From the NCBI GenBank assembly GCA_964016885.1, contig OZ024742.1, positions 295,678,001 to 295,742,000 of the forward strand: DNA of 64,000 nt. The letters run 5' to 3'. The position numbers and the translations under genes are program-made. Numbering within the stretch: the first letter of the stretch is position 1; the number at the start of each line of letters is the position of its first letter. Below the pieces are notes generated by a model. That model was not told where the DNA came from. It saw only the letters and a program-made list of their open reading frames with translations, and searched no databases. Source of the DNA: Eledone cirrhosa. Taxonomy: Eukaryota. Below are positions 13,402 to 30,917 of the stretch, one piece after another.

Positions 13402-14391
13402 TATTCAATTCTTTATCAATTTAGAATCTTTTCTCAAAGGCACATATACATACACCTCTTTAAAATATACCCATCTACCTTACTTTAAAGGGCATTATAC
13501 ACTCTATAATACTTGTTTACTCATTACCCTCATTCTATCTTCACCTTGTAAAATCATAACATATACAATATTCATCCGCAATCATTATTATTTTTTCTCT
13601 CTATCATAAATCTTTTTAATCTCAATTTCATCCTTAATTTATTATTTTTTTTCTCCCCATCAACGAACTCATTATTAATACATATTAACTCTTTATTCGC
13701 ATATATTATCAATTCAACCAATATACAAACTTTAACTTCACATTATTTTTCTCAAATCCTTCTACACACAAACCTTAATAATTTTTCTCTTCGTTAATTT
13801 TGAAATTGCCACAATATATACATTTCTTTTTTTGACGTTAGAATATTCATCCACAATTATTATTTCTTTCTCTCTATCTTCATACATAATTTCCCTTCGT
13901 TAATTTTCAAATTCCTTTAATTTATACATTATCTTCCAACGGTTCCCAACCTCTCTATGTTAAAACAATATATCTTTTTCTCAGTTATAAAAACTATCTC
14001 TTTCTCTCTATCACCCATCTCTCCCTCTCCACCTTCACTCTCATCTCCTCCCCCTTTTTTTCATCCCCCCTCCCTAAATAAAATATTTTTTCCTCGCACA
14101 TATCCTCCCTTCGTTAATTTTCAAAATTTTTAATTTATACAGTATCTTCCAACGGTTTTCAACCTCTCTATGTAAAAAATATATCTCCTCTCAGTTATAA
14201 AAACTATCTCTTTCTCTCTATCACCCATCTCTCCCTCTCATCTCCTTCCCTTTTCATCCTTTCCAACCCCCCCCCCCTCTAAATAAAATATTTTTTCCCA
14301 ATATCACACATCAATCTAAAACCACTTTTCATATATTGATTTAAAACTGCACTATCGACAAGTGTTTTTTAGGCTTCATATCATGTTCTCC

Positions 14392-14462
14392 TGTTTTATC
14401 TGATGAAAACACAAATATTATTGCATGATGATGTTTGTTTTTGAAATGCGCATAATAAGATA
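14392..14462 (+). ncRNA. Type I hammerhead ribozyme, family A
   Basis: tgttttat-CTGATGA-long stem II-GAAA-tgcgca-TA-ataagata. Stem III is the palindrome ATGCGCAT. Confidence 0.85.
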
Positions 14463-14501
14463 CATGGAACTCCTTTAACCATCTTTTGATCTTATATTAT
14501 A

Positions 14502-14534
<33 letters not shown>

Positions 14535-14578
14535 GTATATACATATATATATATACATATATATATATATGTATATAC

Positions 14579-14723
<145 letters not shown>

Positions 14724-14727
14724 CATG

Positions 14728-14786
<59 letters not shown>

Positions 14787-14825
14787 TATATATATATATA
14801 TATATATATATAGGAACCAGTAAGA

Positions 14826-14917
14826 ACCCGACAGCTGAGCTCAAGCCGTTTCGACGGCTAATTCTGGACTAAATGAAAATTTATCCTGGTATTTAAATAG
14901 CCGATCTTCTCAAGGGG
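14826..14917 (-). ncRNA. Hammerhead variant (UUGAGAA core), family B, inverted arm
   Basis: Mirror of 15484-15575 with stem I reduced to 3 bp. Confidence 0.7.
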
Positions 14918-15483
14918 TAATTCCATATATGGTCAAAGTGATTGTCAAAAATCAGTAGTAATTCTGTGGTTGCAAATTAGTAGGGGAGATGGTGGCTAAA
15001 CCTGCCAGTAGGAGAAAGAGGGGAGGGGGTGGAGTAGACCCAATCAAGCGTTGGTAGTGCCAGCTACATCTGGGCATGAAGTCAAAGAAGATACAGGGGA
15101 GGGGGAGGGGGAGGAAGTCGGAACGGTAGGTAGAACAATGGGGGGTAGAAACATATAGGAAAGAGAGTGAAGAAAAGCAAATAAGTGTATAAGAAAAGCA
15201 AATACACTTATTTGCTTTTCTTCACTCTCAGTATTTTTTCTTTCCCATATTTCTACCCCCTATTGTTCTACCTACCGTTCCGACTTCCTCCCTCTCCCTC
15301 TCCCCTGTATCTTCTTTGACCTCATGCCCAGCTGTAGCTGGCACTACCAACGCTTGATTGGGTCTACTCCACCCCCTCCCCTCTTTCTCCTACTGGCAGG
15401 TTTAGCCACCATCTCCCCTACTAATTTGCAACCACAGAATTACCACTGATTTTTGACAATCACTTTGACCATATATGGAATTA

Positions 15484-15575
15484 CCCCTTGAGAAGATCGG
15501 CTATTTAAATACCAGGATAAATTTTCATTTAGTCCAGAATTAGCCGTCGAAACGGCTTGAGCTCAGCTGTCGGGG
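15484..15575 (+). ncRNA. Hammerhead variant (UUGAGAA core), family B
   Basis: cccc-TTGAGAA-gatcggcta..tagccgtc-GAAA-cggct tgagctc agctg-TC-gggg. Confidence 0.8.
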
Positions 15576-15673
15576 ACTTACTGGTTCCTATTACCCACTC
15601 TACTACCTCAAGTATTGAGTACTTTGGTGCGTTATGGTCCACCTGGTTCCTTACCACATTTCCTTCGTTATAC

Positions 15674-15807
<134 letters not shown>

Positions 15808-15979
15808 GTATATGTATATGTATATATATATATATATACATATGTATATGTATATCTATATATATATATATGTATATATATGTATATATATATATATATG
15901 TACATATATACATATGTATATGTATATGTATATATATATATGTATATATATATGTGTATATATATATATATGTATATAT

Positions 15980-16174
15980 AGTTTTAATATAGATGAGATT
16001 CTACAGGACTAGAACTGTTTCATTCATTAGAAATCATCAGGAATTCCTGATGATTTCTAATGAATGAAACAGTTCTAGTCCTGTAGAATCTCATCTATAT
16101 TAAAACTGTTATACTCTGCTATGTATTGAGTACCTTACTTACTGTGGTTACCTCCGATTCAACCCGGAATAACG
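15980..16174. mobile_element. pLTR-like fragment forming a perfect 128-bp palindrome (15980-16107) with a family C hammerhead on each strand
   Basis: Centre gaattc at 16041-16046. attc-CTGATGA-tttctaatgaat-GAAA-cag..ctg-TA-gaat at 16043-16089 (+) and 15998-16044 (-). Confidence 0.85.
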
Positions 16175-18693
<2,519 letters not shown>

Positions 18694-18899
18694 TTTCTAT
18701 ATCTCTATGTTTCCGGTTTCTTCCATTCATTAATTTAAATTTAAAAATTTATTTTTATATTTATGAACTGCTGTTGCTCACGCTGTCTCTATCTCTCTCC
18801 TTCCTTCCTTCCTTCCCCTCTCTCTCTCTCTCTCTCTGCCTCTCTCTCTCTCTCTCTCGATCAACGAGCTCTCTTTCTCCCTCTCTCTAGATCAACGAG

Positions 18900-18934
<35 letters not shown>

Positions 18935-19526
18935 CTCTCTCTCCCTCTGACCTTGCCCCCCACTCTTGCCGCTATCTCTCCCGCTCCCCTCTTCTGTCTC
19001 CCCCTTTTCTTTTCTTTTCTTCTGTTTCTCTTTCTTTTTCTCGCTGGAGTTATATCTCTATCTCCCTCCCTCACTCTGTCCCTCTCTAACCTCTACCCAA
19101 CACTTCCCACTGTCTCTCTTTCTCCCCTCCACAGCGAAATGGACTGCATGCAGGAAAAATGTGAAATCAGGAGTCAGCGAAACTGGTCAAAGATGGAACT
19201 AGCGGTTTTGATCAAGGGGAAAAGGCTGATGGGTCTCCACCAAGCAAAAAGATGGCGGAGAACCTGAAGAGCCATGGGTTTCTGAGGACCCTGGCACAGA
19301 TAGAGAGAAAGAGAAAAGAAATTGAGAAGGCGTATGTCCTCATAGCGCCTCATATGGCGATGCTAAGCCGTGTCCTCAGGAGGAGAAAACCGAAGGGAAG
19401 GATGAGGAGAAGGAGAGGGAAAAGGAAAAGGAAAAAGAAAAGGAGGAGAGCACAAGCACGGACCTGAAAGAAAATGATATACCCTCCGCCACAGGCAGGG
19501 AGGGCAGGCCGGGCAACCAACAAGCT

Positions 19527-20075
19527 ATGGGCAAAGGAGAAAAGCGAAATCACCTTCCGAAGGAGAACCAAGCGCAGAGGGACCAGTGGACAACTGTTCA
19601 AAGAAAGAACAGAAAGCACCGAGACACTGGGAGCAAAAAACCCCAAGTAATGTGCAAGTTTTTCAAGAACGGGACATGCTGGCATGGAGAGACAGGGATG
19701 GGATGTAGATTCGCCCACCCTAGGTCTCAAACGAACTATGCCCATCATACTCGCGCAACATGCCCCAGCCAAAGCCGAAATAAGCCGCTCCAGAAGTATG
19801 CTGATGTCGCGCGTGCTGCACCAACAAGGAGAAGGCACGCACATGCCGACGAGATACAGATGGCAGCAGCAGATCAGAAAAATTTTTCAGTGATGGCAGA
19901 GAAGATTGTGGGACAGCTGACCTGGCTGCATCGTCTCCAGAGCCAGGGTCATCCACACCAGCACTCGAGACCACCGCAGTTAAGGGACCCAGAGTGGCCG
20001 CCGCTGACACCAGACCAGGTGTCATACCGACAGCCATTACTGGCACCCCAAAAGTCACACCAGTGCTGCTGCTGA
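19527..20075 (+). CDS. LINE ORF1 C-terminal part with a CCCH zinc finger (upstream part frameshifted)
   Basis: CKFFKNGTCWHGETGMGCRFAH, directly upstream of ORF2. Confidence 0.6.
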   Translation: MGKGEKRNHLPKENQAQRDQWTTVQRKNRKHRDTGSKKPQVMCKFFKNGTCWHGETGMGCRFAHPRSQTNYAHHTRATCPSQSRNKPLQKYADVARAAPTRRRHAHADEIQMAAADQKNFSVMAEKIVGQLTWLHRLQSQGHPHQHSRPPQLRDPEWPPLTPDQVSYRQPLLAPQKSHQCCC

Positions 20076-22114
20076 ATGTCAGGGGTGAAACTCAGCAACA
20101 TGAGTAAAATTTCCTACCTGGGAGACTTAACCATAAGCAATCAAGCACTATGCATGGCACTAACCGAAACGCACCTGACAAGCAGTATAGCAGATGCAGA
20201 AATACATATACCGAAATATACTTTATTTCGTTCGGACAGGAAGGAGAGAACTCATGGTGGGGTTGCTCTGTATATCCGTGAAGATGTCACACCAATTGTA
20301 CTGTTGACACATTCAAACTCAGTCTGTGACACACTGATAATACAAATGAAGCAACTACAGACGGTAATATGTGTCACATATCGGCCGCCTGATGCCCCCA
20401 GTCATGAGGGTAAATTTGAGGATAGCCTAAGTAGGATAGAAGAGGTCCTTGACAAACTGGACCAGGGTCTCAACATCCTACTGCTGGGAGACTTCAACCT
20501 ACCAAAGGTCAAATGGCCTGAGGGCCACCTCCTCCCTGGAATGACGTCAATAGAACAGAGACAGACGGAATCCCTGCTGGCCCTCACACACAGGCTGTTC
20601 ATGGAGCAAGCAATACTCCTCCCAACAAGAGACAAAAATGTCCTGGACCTCTCTTTTACAAACAACGAAGTGCTCATCCACAATGTAAAAATGACACCAA
20701 CAATTCTCTCGGATCATAACTTAGTAGAGCTAATGATATGTGGTCCAAGAGAACCAACAGAGACAAAACCACCAAGAAGCTCCGGGACGCTATCCAACCT
20801 TAACTTCTACAAGGCTAACTGGAAAAAGATTAAGAGTGAAATCCGGAAGCAAACATGGAGTGAAAACATCGCCACACAAGACACTAACACACAATTTCAA
20901 CACTTCATGACAACGATACACACCATATGCAAAAAGTGTGTCCCGGAGAAAGAGGCAAACAGACACAAAAATCTTATTCCCAGAGATAGGAAAATCCTTA
21001 TGAGACGTAGAACTAAACTCTCAAACCAGTTGAATAGTCAACAAAACCAAAACAAGAAGGAATCCTATTTGAAACGTGCACTACTTGACACCGAGATTGC
21101 ACTCAAACTTTCACATGAGAATGAGAGGGCAAAGAAAGAGAACAGGGCCATAGAAAACATTAAAACAAACCCTAAGGCCTTCTTTAAATTTGCAAAAGAA
21201 ACTGCCTCAGTACACTGCAAGATTGGGCCACTCTTCCACACGGACGGTTCATTAACCGAAAATCCCCAAGATATATGTGAAATACTGAACGAACAGTACA
21301 AAAGTGTCTTCACATGTCCACTGAGGCACATGCAAATAACGAAGCCAGAGGAGTTCTTTGATGCCACAACACTACGTCAAGAAATGGCAACCATCAACCA
21401 CATAGACATAACGGAGGAGGATGTGGTGTACGCCATTGATGAAATTAGAACAGACTCGGCTGCTGGACCTGATGGATTCCCAGCAGTTCTCCTAAAAATA
21501 TGTAAGCGGGCCTTAGCAACTCCACTGAAGATGCTCTTCAGAAGCTCCTTGGCTAGCGGTGTACTACCCAGGGAGCTGAAAGAAGGCACAATATGCCCTA
21601 TCCATAAAGGAGGTAGTAGAGTGGAGGCCAAGAACTATAGGCCAGTCTCCCTGACGTCGCATATCAGTAAGGTCATGGAGCGAGTCGTCAGAAAGAAACT
21701 AATCACTTTCCTCGAAGAAAATGACCGCCTGACTCGCACGCAACATGGCTTCCGCCCAGGAAGAAGCTGCCTTACACAGCTGCTACATCACTACGACTGG
21801 GTACTGAGACAACTACTAGACAGCTCACATGTGGACGTGATATATCTTGACTTTGCGAACGCCTTTGACAAGGTCGACCACGGAATGATATGTCACAAAC
21901 TACACGGACTAGGCATAACTGGAAAAGTAGGTGAGTGGCTGCATGGCTTCCTAAGGGACAGAAGCCAGGCAGTCGCAGCAAATGGGGCCCTCTCGAGGGA
22001 AACACCGATAACAAGTGGGGTGCCCCAGGGGACAGTCCTGGAACCACTACTGTTTTTGGTGGCTCTCTCGGACATGCCCTCTGTGGTGCATGCAACAACA
22101 TCCCTCACTAGCTA
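20076..22114 (+). pseudogene. LINE ORF2 (AP endonuclease-reverse transcriptase), truncated
   Basis: LTETHL, GGVALY, YRPP, GDFN, SDH, NYRPVSLTS, QHGFR, YLDFANAFDKVDH, SGVPQG. The first endonuclease motif LLLNVRG is one frame off, at ~20066-20086. Confidence 0.9.
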
Positions 22115-22847
22115 CATGTATGCATCCACACCCAACCATCTAAATATATTGTTACACATATACATGAATGCATCCACACCCAACCATTGGTTGGGTGTGG
22201 ATGCATTCATGTATATGTGTGTGTCCGCATGTATCTGTGTGTTTCTAAATATATTGTTAATAACTCCCTCTGGTTGAGTAATCTTTGAAGTGTGGTGACT
22301 GCTGGAAAGCTGCCATTACTCATACTTCTCGCCTCCTTCACCACCTCTTCTACGGCTTCGATATAAATACCCCCTCCGCCTCCGTGGTATTTTCTTCGGG
22401 GTTATAAGAGGCTTAGCTCTGTTTCTCGACCGTTATATCGCGTGACTATCGCCGCCTCCGCCTTTTGGGATTCTTTCTCACGTCGTGTAGACGCGTTCTT
22501 GAGGCTAGTAAAATGAGGTATCCTCTTGATAAGTCGGCAGACCTCGCAAGGACTCTACATCTTTATGATGTATTGTTTTTGTTTATGCCACGAAACTACG
22601 TAGTCGAGGAATCTAGGAGCAGTTTAGGTATGATACATTTTATTACTAATTATATCTAAATGTTTCTTCTCTCTTCATAATGTATTTTTAACTCTGATAC
22701 TGGTTCAGTCTAGTTCAACCGGATTGGTCTGTCCCAGTCATTCATTGAGCAACATCGGTGAGGTTGGCACCCTTAACTCACGGTTGGGTGTGGATGCATT
22801 CATGTATATGTGTGTGTCCGCATGTATCTGTGTGTTTCTAAATATAT
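22115..22847 (+). mobile_element. Non-coding hammerhead-bearing unit D (593-bp period) with a short inverted 5' duplication
   Basis: 22189-22254 is repeated at 22782-22847. Palindrome at 22154-22220. One hammerhead. Confidence 0.75.
22521..22610 (+). ncRNA. Hammerhead variant (UUGAUAA core), family D
   Basis: tcctc-TTGATAA-gtcggca..tgccac-GAAA-ctacgtag-TC-gagga. Stem III is the palindrome ACTACGTAGT. Confidence 0.82.
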
Positions 22848-25338
<2,491 letters not shown>

Positions 25339-25340
<2 letters not shown>

Positions 25341-25791
25341 GGCAAAGGAGCTCTTAAGAGTCAATGGCCATCCAAAATCACTGGGAGAGATGACCCCTTA
25401 GCCTTTGTCAAGGCAGAATTCTAGGAGAAGGAAAACTCTGATATAACACCTGCAACCCTGATGGTATCCAATGATGTTGACTTGTTCTTCTTTTTGGTAA
25501 ATATCTTCTTGGTTAAGAGAGTGGGACTGGCTTTGTGCAGTGCCTTTGCTCACTATAAAAGCTTCACGGCACAGGCATTGCTTTATATCTGGAGATCTCT
25601 TTGCTCTTGTTGTTACATGGTACCATGGGCCCAGCACTATGTGTCAATAATTGTCGCAAGTGTAGTGTTTGTACCAGAGTTTACAAGTTGCTGACTGGAC
25701 TAAAAAGTCACACTCGTTCAGCGCATCGGTAGGGGTTCTCCTACATGGATATAAAGTAATCGCCGTACTCGAAAACGAGTTGGCAGCCACC
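25339..25791. other. Unassigned insert carrying a SINE/LINE-UTR-like motif
   Basis: ttagcctt..aggca..tctaggagaaggaaaactctga at ~25398-25441 resembles a motif I recall from retroposon UTRs; not verified. Confidence 0.3.
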
Positions 25792-25796
25792 ATATA

Positions 25797-25917
<121 letters not shown>

Positions 25918-25926
25918 GTATATATG

Positions 25927-28227
25927 TATTACTCTTTTACTCTTTTACCTGTTTCAGCCATCCGGCTGAGGCCATGCTAGGGCACCGCCCTTGTTGCTAC
26001 ACTTTTTATCTCCAGCCTCTATAGGTTGGCCACTGGTGTAAGAGGGAGTGTGTTGCTGCTGCCCTTAGGTTTCCCTCGTGTCTTGCTGTGGGCTCATCGG
26101 GGATAAGGTGTCGAGATGTTTCTTAAAGACATTCACCTCCACGTCATGCAAGTCTCGCAGATGCCTCGGCAGCCTGTTGAAGAGTTGAGGGCCCTTGAAT
26201 CCCAGGCTATTGCAATACCTGCTCCTTATTCTAGATGTGGAAGACGGGACCTTTGGCACCACACGGTGACGTCCTGTTCGACTGTTGGTCCAGCTCCCAA
26301 TGCCAAAGTTTGCTGCTAGTCCCTCCAGGATTTTCCACATGTAGATCACTGCGTATCTCTCCCGTATTCGCTCCAAGGAGTAGAGGTTCAGTTCCCTCAG
26401 CCTCTCCCAGTAGCTTGTCTCCCTCATCTTGGCAATCCTCTTGGTGTAGCTTCGCTGGATTGCTTCAAGCTCCGTGGTTAGTTTGACACTATGGGGTGAC
26501 CACAACTGGGAGCAGTAGTCCAGGCAGCTTAGGACAAAAGTCCTCCACAGTGTCAACATAGTGTCTCGATCTCTTGTTCGGAAAGTCCTCAAGGTCCAAC
26601 CAGCGAGTCGTCTACATGTTGTCGCCACTTTCATGATGTGTGAAGAAAAAGATGCATCATCGCTCATCTCTATGCCCAGGTCTCTTATCGATTTTGACAC
26701 GGGGATATCGGTCCCTCCTGGTCCTGTGTAGCTGTGTTCCACTATATTTGTGTTTGCAGGTTTGTATTGTAGGGCTTGGAATTTGCCAGCATTAAACTGC
26801 ATGTTGTTTTCTTCCGCCCATCTGTATATGGCATCCAGATCCTGCTGTAAAAGAGCAGCGTCAGCCGGGTTTTTGATTGTCTGTGCTACCTTAGTGTCAT
26901 CAGCATAGCTAGTGAGGGATGTTGTTGCATGCACCACAGAGGGCATGTCCGAGAGAGCCACCAAAAACAGTAGTGGTCCCAGGACTGTCCCCTGGGGCAC
27001 CCCACTTGTTATCGGTGTTTCCCTCGAGAGGGCCCCATTTGCTGCGACTGCCTGGCTTCTGTCCCTTAGGAAGCCATGCAGCCACTCACCTACTTTTCCA
27101 GTTATGCCTAGTCCGTGTAGTTTGTGACATATCATTCCGTGGTCGACCTTGTCAAAGGCGTTCGCAAAGTCAAGATATATCACGTCCACATGTGAGCTGT
27201 CTAGTAGTTGTCTCAGTACCCAGTCGTAGTGATGTAGCAGCTGTGTAAGACAGCTTCTTCCTGAGCGGAAGCCATGTTGCGTGCGAGTCAGGCGGTCATT
27301 TTCTTCGAGGAAAGTGATTAGTTTCTTTCTGACGACTCGCTCCATGACCTTAATGATATGCGACGTCAGGGAGACTGGCCTATAGTTCTTGGCCTCCGCT
27401 CTACTACCTCCTTTATGGGTAGGGCATATTGTGCCTTCTTTCAGCTCCCTGGGTAGTACACCGCTAGCCAAGGAGCTTCTGAAGAGCATCTTCAGTGGTG
27501 TTGCTAAGGCCCGCTTACATATTTTTAAGAGAACTGCTGGGAAACCATCAGGTCCAGCAGCCGAGTCTGTTCTAATTTCATCAATGGCGTACACCACATC
27601 CTCCTCCGTTATGTCTATGTGGTTGATGGTTGCCATTTCTTGATGTAGTGTTGTAGCATCAAAGAACTCCTCTGGCTTCGTTATTTGCATGTGCCTCAGT
27701 GGACACGTGAAGACACTTTTGTACTGTTCGTTCAGTATTTCACATATCTCTTGGGGGTTTTCGGTTAATGAAACGTCCGTGTGGAAGAGTGGCCCAATCT
27801 TGCAGTGTACTGAGGCAGTTTCTTTTGCAAATTTAAAGAAGGCCTTAGGGTTTGTCTTAATGTTTTCTATGGCCCTGTTCTCTTTCTTTGCCCTCTCATT
27901 CTCATGTGAAAGTTTGAGTGCAATCTCGGTGTCAAGTAGTGCACGTTTCAAATAGGATTCCTTCTTGTTTTTGTTTTGTTCACTATTCAACTGTTTTGAG
28001 AGTTTAGTTCTATGTCTCAAAAGGATTTTCCTATCTCTGGGATTAAGATTTTTGTGTCTGTTTGCCTCTTTCTCCGGGGCAAACTTTTTGCACACAGTGT
28101 GTATCATTGTCATGAAGTGTTGAAATTGTGTGTTAGTGTCTTGTGTGGCGGTGTTTCACTCCATGTTTGCTTCTGGATTTCACTCTTAATCTTTTTCCAG
28201 TTAGCATTGTTGAGTTAAGGCTGGATA
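25927..28227 (-). mobile_element. 5'-truncated CR1-group LINE (RT to 3' end, ORF 26065-28113)
   Basis: SGVPQGTVLGP, YADD, DLG, LDYCSQLWSP, YWERL. 3' stem-loop tcagcc-ggat-ggctga and a (gtaaaaga)n tail. Confidence 0.92.
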
Positions 28228-28333
28228 TATGTATATATATATGTATATATGAATATATATATATGTTTATGTATATATGTATATATATGTATATATGTAT
28301 ATATATATATATATGTATATATATGTATATATG

Positions 28334-28370
<37 letters not shown>

Positions 28371-28523
28371 GTATATATATATATGTATATATATATGTAT
28401 ATATATATGTATATATATATGTATATATATATGTATACATATGTATATATGTACATATGTATATGTATATATATATATGTATATGTATATATATATATGT
28501 ATATATATATGTATATATATATG

Positions 28524-28554
<31 letters not shown>

Positions 28555-28577
28555 GTATATATATGTATATATATATG

Positions 28578-28608
<31 letters not shown>

Positions 28609-28624
28609 GTATATATATATATGT

Positions 28625-28696
<72 letters not shown>

Positions 28697-28834
28697 GTAT
28701 ATATATATATACATATGTATATATATATATATACATATGTATATATATATATATATACATATGTATATATATATATATATATATATACGTATGTATATAT
28801 ATATATATACATATGTTTATATATATATATATAC

Positions 28835-28872
<38 letters not shown>

Positions 28873-28970
28873 GTATATATATATATATATATATGCATAT
28901 ATATATATATATATATACATATGTATATATATATATATACATATATATATACATATGTATATATATATAC

Positions 28971-29001
<31 letters not shown>

Positions 29002-29128
29002 CATATGTATATATATATATATATAGATATATATATATATATACATTTATATATATACATATATATATATATACATATATATATACATATGTATATATAT
29101 ATATACATATGTATATATATATATATAC

Positions 29129-29206
<78 letters not shown>

Positions 29207-29220
29207 TTGTATATATTTAT
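28228..29220. repeat. Interrupted (TA)n array
   Basis: Direct inspection. Confidence 0.95.
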
Positions 29221-29306
29221 AAAATAATTTTTTTAAGAAAAGAAAATAATCTGGAAAAAAATTCATTTGGATTTTGTGAAGAAAATAAATTTCTACGCAT
29301 TTCTCT

Positions 29307-30917
29307 GTGGAGAAATGCGTAGAAATGACCAGTGAGAGCAAGGTTGAGTTCCGTGGGATTGATACCAGTGAGCTGGGACTCCTACTTAAGCTTACCTATA
29401 GTAATAGTTACCTAGACACATATGACCTTAGCAACCTGTGCCCTACAAGACCAGCAAGAGGCAGACCACCTACCATTACCTCAGTGGCCAATAAAACCCA
29501 CACAGATAGATGGAACGGGTGGACCAGAGCCATACGGACACCCGAAAACCACGATGAACTGAAGAAAATGATTGCACATGCGGTAGGGGCCAGCATAAAA
29601 CTAACCCTTAAGGAACATATGTTCAAATTTAATGGAAAAACATATGCCAAAGAGGAAGGAGCAGCCATTGGTGTTAGCATTGCAGGCGACATAGCTAACT
29701 TATTCATGGTATGGTGGGAGAGTATACTTAAACTTAAACTTAAAGAACAATTAGAAGACCCCTTAACCCTGATAATGTACTCCCGCTATGTAGATGATAT
29801 AAACATCGTAGTTAAGACACCCCCACTAGAGAACAGTCAGGAACTAGAGAAAAACACAATGGAAAGCATCCAGCAAATAGCAAACTCCATCCACCAGAGC
29901 ATTAGAGTTACTATAGACTACCCAAGTAAACACCCCAACCATCGATTACCTGTACTAGACACAGAGCTCTGGTTAGATACCATTAACAACAAAAAACAAA
30001 TCCTCCATTCCCATTATGCCAAACCCATGACTTCCAAACATCTGATCCACCGAAACTCGGCCATTTCGGACCATACTAAAATCAACATACTGATTGCGGA
30101 TTTGGTACGGGTGATGAGAAATGTGTCCCGCATGTGCAACCCCGAAGAACTAGAGAGACACATACAACACTTCATCCACCGTATGCAGTTCTCTGGCTAC
30201 AATCAGAGAGATAAAATCAGAGTGTATAGAGGAGCCAGAACCAAATGGGAAAAAATGGTAAATAATGACATAAATGGGACCTTCCCCTTGTATAGGAGCA
30301 AATTTTGGAATAGAATAGAAAGAACTAGGATCAAGGCTAATAGAATAAACTCATGGTATGATAGCAATAAATACCAGAGTGTAATGTTCATCAATACAAC
30401 CCCTAGAGGTGAATTAGCTTACAAATTTAGAGGGGCCCTAAATAAACATAAACTCAATATTAAGATAGTAGAAAGACCAGGTACCTCCGTAAAAACACTT
30501 ATTAGCAAGACATACCCTTTTCAAAGACCCTCATGTATAGATAAGAAATGTATAACCTGTAAAATAAGCCCCCATATTAACTGTAAAACTAGAAATGTAG
30601 TGTATAGCATAAGATGTACTGAAGGACAATGTAGAAACAAAAATATAATGTACATAGGTGAGACAGCTCGTAGTGTAGGGGAACGGATAAATGAACACTG
30701 GCGAGACATTCAAGATAATAAAGAATCATCTGTACTCTACCAACATGCTAAGATAGAACACAAGGGTAAATTAGAGAACATAGAAATAAGAATAGAATCT
30801 ACACACAGAAAAGACGCAATGTTTAGACAAATTACAGAGGCAATAAACATGAAAGAATTACAACCAAAATTAAATAGAAAATATGAGTGGAACAGCAACA
30901 TCACGACTTACAATTAA
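29307..30917 (+). CDS. PLE reverse transcriptase-GIY-YIG endonuclease (N-terminus missing)
   Basis: [67 protein letters not shown]. Confidence 0.9.
   Translation: MEKCVEMTSESKVEFRGIDTSELGLLLKLTYSNSYLDTYDLSNLCPTRPARGRPPTITSVANKTHTDRWNGWTRAIRTPENHDELKKMIAHAVGASIKLTLKEHMFKFNGKTYAKEEGAAIGVSIAGDIANLFMVWWESILKLKLKEQLEDPLTLIMYSRYVDDINIVVKTPPLENSQELEKNTMESIQQIANSIHQSIRVTIDYPSKHPNHRLPVLDTELWLDTINNKKQILHSHYAKPMTSKHLIHRNSAISDHTKINILIADLVRVMRNVSRMCNPEELERHIQHFIHRMQFSGYNQRDKIRVYRGARTKWEKMVNNDINGTFPLYRSKFWNRIERTRIKANRINSWYDSNKYQSVMFINTTPRGELAYKFRGALNKHKLNIKIVERPGTSVKTLISKTYPFQRPSCIDKKCITCKISPHINCKTRNVVYSIRCTEGQCRNKNIMYIGETARSVGERINEHWRDIQDNKESSVLYQHAKIEHKGKLENIEIRIESTHRKDAMFRQITEAINMKELQPKLNRKYEWNSNITTYN

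Larger units (their letters stand above)
12523..14497 (+). mobile_element. Penelope-like element family A, copy 1 (cut by the gap)
   Basis: Closely similar to 38916-40695. Contains a GIY-YIG ORF and a 3' UTR/pLTR with a hammerhead, and ends in (TA)n. Confidence 0.9.
14810..15670. mobile_element. ORF-less fold-back of the PLE family B pLTR (arms 14810-15190 and 15202-15590)
   Basis: Near-perfect inverted repeat, homologous to 61249-61712, flanked by (TA)n. Confidence 0.88.
18700..22114 (+). mobile_element. CR1-group LINE: pyrimidine-rich leader, ORF1 and ORF2, interrupted at RT motif C
   Basis: AP endonuclease plus RT. Homology to the second copy stops at SY of SYADD. The 5' boundary is approximate. 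Confidence 0.85.

Noticed and set aside
29307-30917. Selenoprotein-type (Naiad-like) recoding in the PLE ORFs
   Set aside because: No in-frame TGA at conserved Cys positions in the visible ORFs, and the endonuclease is C-terminal.
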